Below are positions 53,252 to 64,000 of a DNA stretch of 64,000 nucleotides, one piece after another. The notes under the pieces are model-generated. The model was not told the DNA's origin, searched no databases, and saw only the letters and a list, made by a program, of their open reading frames with translations. Position numbers and translations under genes: made by a program. Source of the DNA: Auanema rhodensis (lineage: Eukaryota > Animalia > Nematoda); NCBI GenBank assembly GCA_964057225.1, contig OZ059899.1, positions 16,926,001 to 16,990,000 on the forward strand, in the 5' to 3' direction. Numbering within the stretch: position 1 is the first letter of the stretch; each line of letters opens with the position of its first letter.

Positions 53252-53264
53252 GGTGGAACCTCCA
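53252..53264 (-). promoter_or_regulatory. Primer-binding site complementary to the 3' end of tRNA-Gln
   Basis: Minus strand TGGAGGTTCCACC directly follows the 5' LTR. The + strand GGTGGAACCTCCA matches the metazoan tRNA-Gln 3' end (...CTCGGTGGAACCT-CCA) as I recall it. Confidence 0.85.
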
Positions 53265-53663
53265 TGTAATATCCTTATGTTGGATATTAATATTCCATGA
53301 TTGACCCTTAGATTGATGTGTTGTAAAAGAAACAATAAGATTTGAGGAAGAGAGAAAGATTTATTATAAATAAAAAACATTTAAACAATAAACAAATAAA
53401 GATAAAGATAAGTCCGCCAACTGAAGATTCAGTTGAATGGCAAGCTTATATAGCGAATGTTATCAGCATTTTCCACGAAAGGTTATAAGTTGTCAATGAC
53501 AATTATAACTATCTCAGAAAATGCTGAGGCTGCAAAATATAACTGATAACATAATACACTAAGACAAGAAACTAGAATTATAAAATATAAAATATAAAAC
53601 ACAGAATAAAGAAATACATAAAAATTATAGAAAGAATAAAGTAAAGAATTATAAAGTATAACA
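53265..53663 (-). repeat. 5' LTR (399 bp)
   Basis: Identical to 44285-44683; TG...CA termini; adjacent to the PBS. Confidence 0.97.
53446..53452 (-). promoter_or_regulatory. Candidate TATA box (TATATAA) of the LTR promoter
   Basis: Minus-strand CTATATAAGC in mid-LTR, about 80 nt upstream of the AATAAA, which is the usual U3-R arrangement. Confidence 0.6.
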
Positions 53664-53667
53664 CATT
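53664..53667. other. Target-site duplication CATT (right copy)
   Basis: Immediately follows the LTR end ACA, and the satellite monomer resumes in register. Confidence 0.93.
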
Positions 53668-56600
53668 AGTGTATGTTGAGTTTCCATGTACACTCAACAT
53701 TGCTTCCAAAAACATTTTGACAAAAATTTTTTCGAAAAATTTCAAAATAATTTCGCAAAAAGTAAATGTTTTTAGATTCCTTTTTTTAAGGCAAAGACGA
53801 TGGACAATGTTATTCAACGAAAAAATTAATTCTGCAGGGTGAAAATCGAGGATATAAGTGTGAACTTATATCAGTTGATATCTCGGTGCATTTTTAAGCT
53901 AGCGCAAATCTGATAACACAGATCGACGCAGCTTAAAAATCCGCATCGAATGCACTATACTACATTGAGAAACGCTTAATACAAAAATTAGTTATGATCG
54001 TTTGAAAAATGATGCATTAGTGTATGTTGAGTTTCCATGTACACTCAACATTGCTTCCAAAAACATTTTGACAAAAATTTTTTCGAAAAATTTCAAAATA
54101 ATTTCGCAAAAAGTAAATGTTTTTAGATTCCTTTTTTTAAGGCAAAGACGATGGACAATGTTATTCAACGAAAAAATTAATTCTGCAGGGTGAAAATCGA
54201 GGATATAAGTGTGAACTTATATCAGTTGATATCTCGGTGCATTTTTAAGCTAGCGCAAATCTGATAACACAGATCGACGCAGCTTAAAAATCCGCATCGA
54301 ATGCACTTATACTACATTGAGAAACGCTTAATACAAAAATTAGTTATGATCGTTTGAAAAATGATGCATTAGTGTATGTTGAGTTTCCATGTACACTCAA
54401 CATTGCTTCCAAAAACATTTTGACAAAAATTTTTTCGAAAAATTTCAAAATAATTTCGCAAAAAGTAAATGTTTTTAGATTCCTTTTTTTAAGGCAAAGA
54501 CGATGGACAATGTTATTCAACGAAAAAATTAATTCTGCAGGGTGAAAATCGAGGATATAAGTGTGAACTTATATCAGTTGATATCTCGGTGCATTTTTAA
54601 GCTAGCGCAAATCTGATAACACAGATCGACGCAGCTTAAAAATCCGCATCGAATGCACTATACTACATTGAGAAACGCTTAATACAAAAATTAGTTATGA
54701 TCGTTTGAAAAATGATGCATTAGTGTATGTTGAGTTTCCATGTACACTCAACATTGCTTCCAAAAACATTTTGACAAAAATTTTTTCGAAAAATTTCAAA
54801 ATAATTTCGCAAAAAGTAAATGTTTTTAGATTCCTTTTTTTAAGGCAAAGACGATGGACAATGTTATTCAACGAAAAAATTAATTCTGCAGGGTGAAAAT
54901 CGAGGATATAAGTGTGAACTTATATCAGTTGATATCTCGGTGCATTTTTAAGCTAGCGCAAATCTGATAACACAGATCGACGCAGCTTAAAAATCCGCAT
55001 CGAATGCACTATACTACATTGAGAAACGCTTAATACAAAAATTAGTTATGATCGTTTGAAAAATGATGCATTAGTGTATGTTGAGTTTCCATGTACACTC
55101 AACATTGCTTCCAAAAACATTTTGACAAAAATTTTTTCGAAAAATTTCAAAATAATTTCGCAAAAAGTAAATGTTTTTAGATTCCTTTTTTCAAGGCAAA
55201 GACGATGGACAATGTTATTCAACGAAAAAATTAATTCTGCAGGGTGAAAATCGAGGATATAAGTGTGAACTTATATCAGTTGATATCTCGGTGAATTTTT
55301 AAGCTAGCGCAAATCTGATAACACAGATCGACGCAGCTTAAAAATCCGCATCGAATGCACTATACAACATTGAGAAACGCTTAATACAAAAATTAGTTAT
55401 GATCGTTTGAAAAAAGACGCATTAGTGTATGTTGAGTTTCCATGTACACTCAACATTGCTTCCAAAAACATTTTGACAAAAATTTTTTCGAAAAATTTCA
55501 AAATAATTTCGCAAAAAGTAAATGTTTTTAGATTCCTTTTTTTAAGGCAAAGACGATGGACAATGTTATTCAACGAAAAAATTAATTCTGCAGGGTGAAA
55601 ATCGAGGATATAAGTGTGAACTTATATCAGTTGATATCTCGGTGCATTTTTAAGCTAGCGCAAATCTGATAACACAGATCGACGCAGCTTAAAAATCCGC
55701 ATCGAATGCACTATACAACATTGAGAAACGCTTAATACAAAAATTAGTTATGATCGTTTGAAAAAAGACGCATTAGTGTATGTTGAGTTTCCATGTACAC
55801 TCAACATTGCTTCCAAAAACATTTTGACAAAAATTTTTTCGAAAAATTTCAAAATAATTTCGCAAAAAGTAAATGTTTTTAGATTCCTTTTTTTAAGGCA
55901 AAGACGATGGACAATGTTATTCAACGAAAAAATTAATTCTGCAGGGTGAAAATCGAGGATATAAGTGTGAACTTATATCAGTTGATATCTCGGTGCATTT
56001 TTAAGCTAGCGCAAATCTGATAACACAGATCGACGCAGCTTAAAAATCCGCATCGAATGCACTATACTACATTGAGAAACGCTTAATACAAAAATTAGTT
56101 ATGATCGTTTGAAAAAAGACGCATTAGTGTATGTTGAGTTTCCATGTACACTCAACATTGCTTCCAAAAACATTTTGACAAAAATTTTTTCGAAAAATTT
56201 CAAAATAATTTCGCAAAAAGTAAATGTTTTTAGATTCCTTTTTTTAAGGCAAAGACGATGGACAATGTTATTCAACGAAAAAATTAATTCTTCAGGGTGA
56301 AAATCGAGGAAGTTCACACTTATATCAGTTGATATCTCGGTGAATTTTTAAGCTAGCGCAAATCTGATAACACAGATCGACGCAGCTTAAAAATCCGCAT
56401 CGAATGCACTATATTACATTGAGAAACGCTCAATACAAAAATTAGTTATGATTGTTTGAAAAATGATGCATTAGTGTATGTTGAGTTTCCATGTACACTC
56501 AACATTGCTTCCAAAAACATTTTGACAAAAATTTTCCCGAAAAATTTCAAGATAATTTCACAAAAAGTAGATGTTTTTAGATTCATTTTTTCAAGGCAAA

Positions 56601-59600
56601 GATGATGGACAATGTTATTCAACGAAAAAATTAATTCTTCAGGGTGAAAATCGAGGAAGTTCACACTTATATCAGTTGATATCTCGGTGAATTTTTAAGC
56701 TAGCGCAAATCTGATAACACAGATCGACGCAGCTTAAAAATCCGCATCGAATGCACTATACAACATTGAGAAACGCTTAATACAAAAGTTAGTTATGATC
56801 GTTTGGAAAATGATGCATTAGTGTATGTTGAGTTTCCATGTACACTCAACATTGCTTCCAAAAACATTTTGACAAAAATTTTTTCGAAAAATTTCAGAAT
56901 ATTTTAGCAAAAAATAGTTGTTTTTAGATTCCTTTTTTCAAGGCAAAGACGATGGACAATGTTATTCAACGAAAAAATTAATTCTTCAGGGTGACAATCG
57001 AGGATATAAGTGTGAACTTATATCAGTTGATATCTCGGTGAATTTTTAAGCTAGCGCAAATCTGATAACACAGATCGACGCAGCTTAAAAATCCACATCG
57101 AATGCACTATACAACATTGAGAAACGCTTAATACAAAAATTAGTTATGATCGTTTGAAAAAAGACGCATTAGTGTATGTTGATTTTCCATGTACACTCAA
57201 CATTGCTTCCAAAAACATTTTGACAAAAATTTTTTCGAAAAATTTCAAAATAATTTCGCAAAAAGTAAATGTTTTTAGATTCCTTTTTTTAAGGCAAAGA
57301 CGATGGACAATGTTATTCAACGAAAAAATTAATTCTGCAGGGTGAAAATCGAGGATATAAGTGTGAACTTATATCAGTTGATATCTCGGTGCATTTTTAA
57401 GCTAGCGCAAATCTGATAACACAGATCGACGCAGCTTAAAAATCCGCATCGAATGCACTATACTACATTGAGAAACGCCCAATACAAAAATTAGTTATGA
57501 TCGTTTGAAAAATGATGCATTAGTGTATGTTGAGTTTCCATGTACACTCAACATTGCTTCCAAAAACATTTTGACAAAAATTTTTTCGAAAAATTTCAAA
57601 ATAATTTCGCAAAAAGTAAATGTTTTTAGATTCCTTTTTTCAAGGCAAAGACGATGGACAATGTTATTCAACGAAAAAATTAATTCTGCAGGGTGAAAAT
57701 CGAGGATATAAGTGTGAACTTATATCAGTTGATATCTCGGTGAATTTTTAAGCTAGCGCAAATCTGATAACACAGATCGACGCAGCTTAAAAATCCGCAT
57801 CGAATGCACTATACAACATTGAGAAACGCTTAATACAAAAATTAGTTATGATCGTTTGAAAAAAGACGCATTAGTGTATGTTGAGTTTCCATGTACACTC
57901 AACATTGCTTCCAAAAACATTTTGACAAAAATTTTTTCGAAAAATTTCAAAATAATTTCGCAAAAAGTAAATGTTTTTAGATTCCTTTTTTTAAGGCAAA
58001 GACGATGGACAATGTTATTCAACGAAAAAATTAATTCTGCAGGGTGAAAATCGAGGATATAAGTGTGAACTTATATCAGTTGATATCTCGGTGCATTTTT
58101 AAGCTAGCGCAAATCTGATAACACAGATCGACGCAGCTTAAAAATCCGCATCGAATGCACTATACAACATTGAGAAACGCTTAATACAAAAATTAGTTAT
58201 GATCGTTTGAAAAAAGACGCATTAGTGTATGTTGAGTTTCCATGTACACTCAACATTGCTTCCAAAAACATTTTGACAAAAATTTTTTCGAAAAATTTCA
58301 AAATAATTTCGCAAAAAGTAAATGTTTTTAGATTCCTTTTTTTAAGGCAAAGACGATGGACAATGTTATTCAACGAAAAAATTAATTCTGCAGGGTGAAA
58401 ATCGAGGATATAAGTGTGAACATATATCAGTTGATATCTCGGTGAATTTTTAAGCTAGCGCAAATCTGATAACACAGATCGACGCAGCTTAAAAATCCGC
58501 ATCGAATGCACTATACAACATTGAGAAACGCTTAATACAAAAATTAGTTATGATCGTTTGAAAAAAGACGCATTAGTGTATGTTGAGTTTCCATGTACAC
58601 TCAACATTGCTTCCAAAAACATTTTGACAAAAATTTTTTCGAAAAATTTCAAAATAATTTCGCAAAAAGTAAATGTTTTTAGATTCCTTTTTTTAAGGCA
58701 AAGACGATGGACAATGTTATTCAACGAAAAAATTAATTCTTCAGGGTGAAAATCGAGGAAGTTCACACTTATATCAGTTGATATCTCGGTGAATTTTTAA
58801 GCTAGCGCAAATCTGATAACACAGATCGACGCAGCTTAAAAATCCGCATCGAATGCACTATATTACATTGAGAAACGCTCAATACAAAAATTAGTTATGA
58901 TTGTTTGAAAAATGATGCATTAGTGTATGTTGAGTTTCCATGTACACTCAACATTGCTTCCAAAAACATTTTGACAAAAATTTTCCCGAAAAATTTCAAG
59001 ATAATTTCACAAAAAGTAGATGTTTTTAGATTCATTTTTTCAAGGCAAAGATGATGGACAATGTTATTCAACGAAAAAATTAATTCTTCAGGGTGAAAAT
59101 CGAGGAAGTTCACACTTATATCAGTTGATATCTCGGTGAATTTTTAAGCTAGCGCAAATCTGATAACACAGATCGACGCAGCTTAAAAATCCGCATCGAA
59201 TGCACTATACAACATTGAGAAACGCTTAATACAAAAGTTAGTTATGATCGTTTGGAAAATGATGCATTAGTGTATGTTGAGTTTCCATGTACACTCAACA
59301 TTGCTTCCAAAAACATTTTGACAAAAATTTTTTCGAAAAATTTCAGAATATTTTAGCAAAAAATAGTTGTTTTTAGATTCCTTTTTTCAAGGCAAAGACG
59401 ATGGACAATGTTATTCAACGAAAAAATTAATTCTTCAGGGTGACAATCGAGGATATAAGTGTGAACTTATATCAGTTGATATCTCGGTGAATTTTTAAGC
59501 TAGCGCAAATCTGATAACACAGATCGACGCAGCTTAAAAATCCACATCGAATGCACTATACAACATTGAGAAACGCTTAATACAAAAATTAGTTATGATC

Positions 59601-62600
59601 GTTTGAAAAAAGACGCATTAGTGTATGTTGATTTTCCATGTACACTCAACATTGCTTCCAAAAACATTTTGACAAAAATTTTTTCGAAAAATTTCAAAAT
59701 AATTTCGCAAAAAGTAAATGTTTTTAGATTCCTTTTTTTAAGGCAAAGACGATGGACAATGTTATTCAACGAAAAAATTAATTCTGCAGGGTGAAAATCG
59801 AGGATATAAGTGTGAACTTATATCAGTTGATATCTCGGTGCATTTTTAAGCTAGCGCAAATCTGATAACACAGATCGACGCAGCTTAAAAATCCGCATCG
59901 AATGCACTATACTACATTGAGAAACGCCCAATACAAAAATTAGTTATGATCGTTTGAAAAATGATGCATTAGTGTATGTTGAGTTTCCATGTACACTCAA
60001 CATTGCTTCCAAAAACATTTTGACAAAAATTTTTTCGAAAAATTTCAAAATAATTTCGCAAAAAGTAAATGTTTTTAGATTCCTTTTTTTAAGGCAAAGA
60101 CGATGGACAATGTTATTCAACGAAAAAATTAATTCTGCAGGGTGAAAATCGAGGATATAAGTGTGAACTTATATCAGTTGATATCTCGGTGCATTTTTAA
60201 GCTAGCGCAAATCTGATAACACAGATCGACGCAGCTTAAAAATCCACATCGAATGCACTATACAACATTGAGAAACGTTTAATACAAAAATTAGTTATGA
60301 TCGTTTGAAAAATGATGCATTAGTGTATGTTGAGTTTCCATGTACACTCAACATTGCTTCCAAAAACATTTTGACAAAAATTTTTTCGAAAAATTTCAAA
60401 ATAATTTCGCAAAAAGTAAATGTTTTTAGATTCCTTTTTTTAAGGCAAAGACGATGGACAATGTTATTCAACGAAAAAATTAATTCTGCAGGGTGAAAAT
60501 CGAGGATATAAGTGTGAACTTATATCAGTTGATATCTCGGTGCATTTTTAAGCTAGCGCAAATCTGATAACACAGATCGACGCAGCTTAAAAATCCGCAT
60601 CGAATGCACTATACAACATTGAGAAACGCTTAATACAAAAATTAGTTATGATCGTTTGAAAAAAGACGCATTAGTGTATGTTGAGTTTCCATGTACACTC
60701 AACATTGCTTCCAAAAACATTTTGACAAAAATTTTTTCGAAAAATTTCAAAATAATTTCGCAAAAAGTAAATGTTTTTAGATTCCTTTTTTTAAGGCAAA
60801 GACGATGGACAATGTTATTCAACGAAAAAATTAATTCTGCAGGGTGAAAATCGAGGATATAAGTGTGAACATATATCAGTTGATATCTCGGTGAATTTTT
60901 AAGCTAGCGCAAATCTGATAACACAGATCGACGCAGCTTAAAAATCCGCATCGAATGCACTATACAACATTGAGAAACGCTTAATACAAAAATTAGTTAT
61001 GATCGTTTGAAAAAAGACGCATTAGTGTATGTTGAGTTTCCATGTACACTCAACATTGCTTCCAAAAACATTTTGACAAAAATTTTTTCGAAAAATTTCA
61101 AAATAATTTCGCAAAAAGTAAATGTTTTTAGATTCCTTTTTTTAAGGCAAAGACGATGGACAATGTTATTCAACGAAAAAATTAATTCTTCAGGGTGAAA
61201 ATCGAGGAAGTTCACACTTATATCAGTTGATATCTCGGTGAATTTTTAAGCTAGCGCAAATCTGATAACACAGATCGACGCAGCTTAAAAATCCGCATCG
61301 AATGCACTATATTACATTGAGAAACGCTCAATACAAAAATTAGTTATGATTGTTTGAAAAATGATGCATTAGTGTATGTTGAGTTTCCATGTACACTCAA
61401 CATTGCTTCCAAAAACATTTTGACAAAAATTTTCCCGAAAAATTTCAAGATAATTTCACAAAAAGTAGATGTTTTTAGATTCATTTTTTCAAGGCAAAGA
61501 TGATGGACAATGTTATTCAACGAAAAAATTAATTCTTCAGGGTGAAAATCGAGGAAGTTCACACTTATATCAGTTGATATCTCGGTGAATTTTTAAGCTA
61601 GCGCAAATCTGATAACACAGATCGACGCAGCTTAAAAATCCGCATCGAATGCACTATACAACATTGAGAAACGCTTAATACAAAAGTTAGTTATGATCGT
61701 TTGGAAAATGATGCATTAGTGTATGTTGAGTTTCCATGTACACTCAACATTGCTTCCAAAAACATTTTGACAAAAATTTTTTCGAAAAATTTCAGAATAT
61801 TTTAGCAAAAAATAGTTGTTTTTAGATTCCTTTTTTCAAGGCAAAGACGATGGACAATGTTATTCAACGAAAAAATTAATTCTTCAGGGTGACAATCGAG
61901 GATATAAGTGTGAACTTATATCAGTTGATATCTCGGTGAATTTTTAAGCTAGCGCAAATCTGATAACACAGATCGACGCAGCTTAAAAATCCACATCGAA
62001 TGCACTATACAACATTGAGAAACGCTTAATACAAAAATTAGTTATGATCGTTTGAAAAAAGACGCATTAGTGTATGTTGATTTTCCATGTACACTCAACA
62101 TTGCTTCCAAAAACATTTTGACAAAAATTTTTTCGAAAAATTTCAAAATAATTTCGCAAAAAGTAAATGTTTTTAGATTCCTTTTTTTAAGGCAAAGACG
62201 ATGGACAATGTTATTCAACGAAAAAATTAATTCTGCAGGGTGAAAATCGAGGATATAAGTGTGAACTTATATCAGTTGATATCTCGGTGCATTTTTAAGC
62301 TAGCGCAAATCTGATAACACAGATCGACGCAGCTTAAAAATCCGCATCGAATGCACTATACTACATTGAGAAACGCCCAATACAAAAATTAGTTATGATC
62401 GTTTGAAAAATGATGCATTAGTGTATGTTGAGTTTCCATGTACACTCAACATTGCTTCCAAAAACATTTTGACAAAAATTTTTTCGAAAAATTTCAAAAT
62501 AATTTCGCAAAAAGTAAATGTTTTTAGATTCCTTTTTTTAAGGCAAAGACGATGGACAATGTTATTCAACGAAAAAATTAATTCTGCAGGGTGAAAATCG

Positions 62601-64000
62601 AGGATATAAGTGTGAACTTATATCAGTTGATATCTCGGTGCATTTTTAAGCTAGCGCAAATCTGATAACACAGATCGACGCAGCTTAAAAATCCACATCG
62701 AATGCACTATACAACATTGAGAAACGTTTAATACAAAAATTAGTTATGATCGTTTGAAAAATGATGCATTAGTGTATGTTGAGTTTCCATGTACACTCAA
62801 CATTGCTTCCAAAAACATTTTGACAAAAATTTTTTCGAAAAATTTCAAAATAATTTCGCAAAAAGTAAATGTTTTTAGATTCCTTTTTTTAAGGCAAAGA
62901 CGATGGACAATGTTATTCAACGAAAAAATTAATTCTGCAGGGTGAAAATCGAGGATATAAGTGTGAACTTATATCAGTTGATATCTCGGTGCATTTTTAA
63001 GCTAGCGCAAATCTGATAACACAGATCGACGCAGCTTAAAAATCCGCATCGAATGCACTATACAACATTGAGAAACGCTTAATACAAAAATTAGTTATGA
63101 TCGTTTGAAAAAAGACGCATTAGTGTATGTTGAGTTTCCATGTACACTCAACATTGCTTCCAAAAACATTTTGACAAAAATTTTTTCGAAAAATTTCAAA
63201 ATAATTTCGCAAAAAGTAAATGTTTTTAGATTCCTTTTTTTAAGGCAAAGACGATGGACAATGTTATTCAACGAAAAAATTAATTCTGCAGGGTGAAAAT
63301 CGAGGATATAAGTGTGAACATATATCAGTTGATATCTCGGTGAATTTTTAAGCTAGCGCAAATCTGATAACACAGATCGACGCAGCTTAAAAATCCGCAT
63401 CGAATGCACTATACAACATTGAGAAACGCTTAATACAAAAATTAGTTATGATCGTTTGAAAAAAGACGCATTAGTGTATGTTGAGTTTCCATGTACACTC
63501 AACATTGCTTCCAAAAACATTTTGACAAAAATTTTTTCGAAAAATTTCAAAATAATTTCGCAAAAAGTAAATGTTTTTAGATTCCTTTTTTTAAGGCAAA
63601 GACGATGGACAATGTTATTCAACGAAAAAATTAATTCTTCAGGGTGAAAATCGAGGAAGTTCACACTTATATCAGTTGATATCTCGGTGCATTTTTAAGC
63701 TAGCGCAAATCTGATAACACAGATCGACGCAGCTTAAAAATCCACATCGAATGCACTATACAACATTGAGAAACGTTTAATACAAAAATTAGTTATGATC
63801 GTTTGAAAAATGATGCATTAGTGTATGTTGAGTTTCCATGTACACTCAACATTGCTTCCAAAAACATTTTGACAAAAATTTTTTCGAAAAATTTCAAAAT
63901 AATTTCGCAAAAAGTAAATGTTTTTAGATTCCTTTTTTTAAGGCAAAGACGATCGACAATGTTATTCAACGAAAAAATTAATTCTGCAGGGTGAAAATCG
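53664..64000. repeat. Tandem satellite array B (right part), about 29 monomers, mostly organised as a 2449-bp 7-mer higher-order repeat
   Basis: Same monomer as the left part. Diagnostic variants recur every 2449 bp (ORFs at 57154/59603/62052 and 56109/58558/61007/63456); 2449 = 5x351 + 2x347. Confidence 0.97.

Larger units (their letters stand above)
44285..53663 (-). mobile_element. Full-length Ty3/Gypsy (Metaviridae) LTR retroelement / endogenous retrovirus-like element with gag-env-pro-pol organisation, 9379 bp
   Basis: Two identical 399-bp TG...CA LTRs, a 4-bp TSD, a PBS, and PR-RT-RH-IN domain order, with a glycoprotein between Gag and PR. Confidence 0.97.

Noticed and set aside
44285-53663. 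Bel/Pao, Copia or chromovirus classification
   Set aside because: IN lies after RT-RH (not Copia). The RT and RH motifs, the lack of triple Gag zinc knuckles and the 4-bp TSD fit Ty3/Gypsy. There is no chromodomain after IN.
53578-53817. 79-aa hydrophobic ORF across the satellite/LTR junction
   Set aside because: It is a chance fusion of satellite sequence with the T-rich LTR end.
54301-54312. Single 352-bp monomer (extra T in GCACTTATAC)
   Set aside because: A singleton 1-bp indel, either a private mutation or a sequencing error.
19764-63994. About 120 repeated 63-81-aa ORFs (MKNDALVYVEF..., MNFLDFHPEE...) as a tandem gene family
   Set aside because: They are translations of the satellite monomer. 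The starts are non-ATG (TTG/GTG), composition is K/F/I/N-biased from A/T runs, and they are freely broken by stops and indels in some monomers.
1-64000. 5S rRNA, spliced-leader, tRNA or snRNA tandem gene arrays
   Set aside because: I recognise no 5S, SL1 (GGTTTAATTACCCAAGTTTGAG) or cloverleaf sequence in either monomer. An Infernal/Rfam scan would settle this.

Overview
Eukaryotic, AT-rich repetitive DNA, probably from a nematode (inferred only from the retroelement type). It contains no host genes. Three components make up the window. (1) Bases 1-19597 are about 111 copies of an indel-free 176-bp satellite. (2) After an abrupt junction, a different 351/347-bp satellite runs from 19603 to 64000, with local higher-order repeats. 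(3) A full-length 9379-bp Ty3/Gypsy (Metaviridae) LTR element is inserted on the minus strand in that second satellite at 44285-53663. It has identical 399-bp LTRs, a 4-bp CATT target-site duplication and a tRNA-Gln-type primer-binding site. The main highlight is its single continuous ORF ordered gag-ENV-protease-RT-RNaseH-integrase. A ~900-aa class III (herpes gB / chuvirus / nyamivirus-like) membrane glycoprotein is embedded between Gag and protease, which makes this an enveloped endogenous retrovirus-like element of non-canonical layout. The glycoprotein carries a ~375-aa cysteine-free insert that I cannot assign. The integrase has one in-frame TGA, and Gag may start at an ACG. The many ~63-81-aa ORFs in the satellite are artefacts of the repeat.
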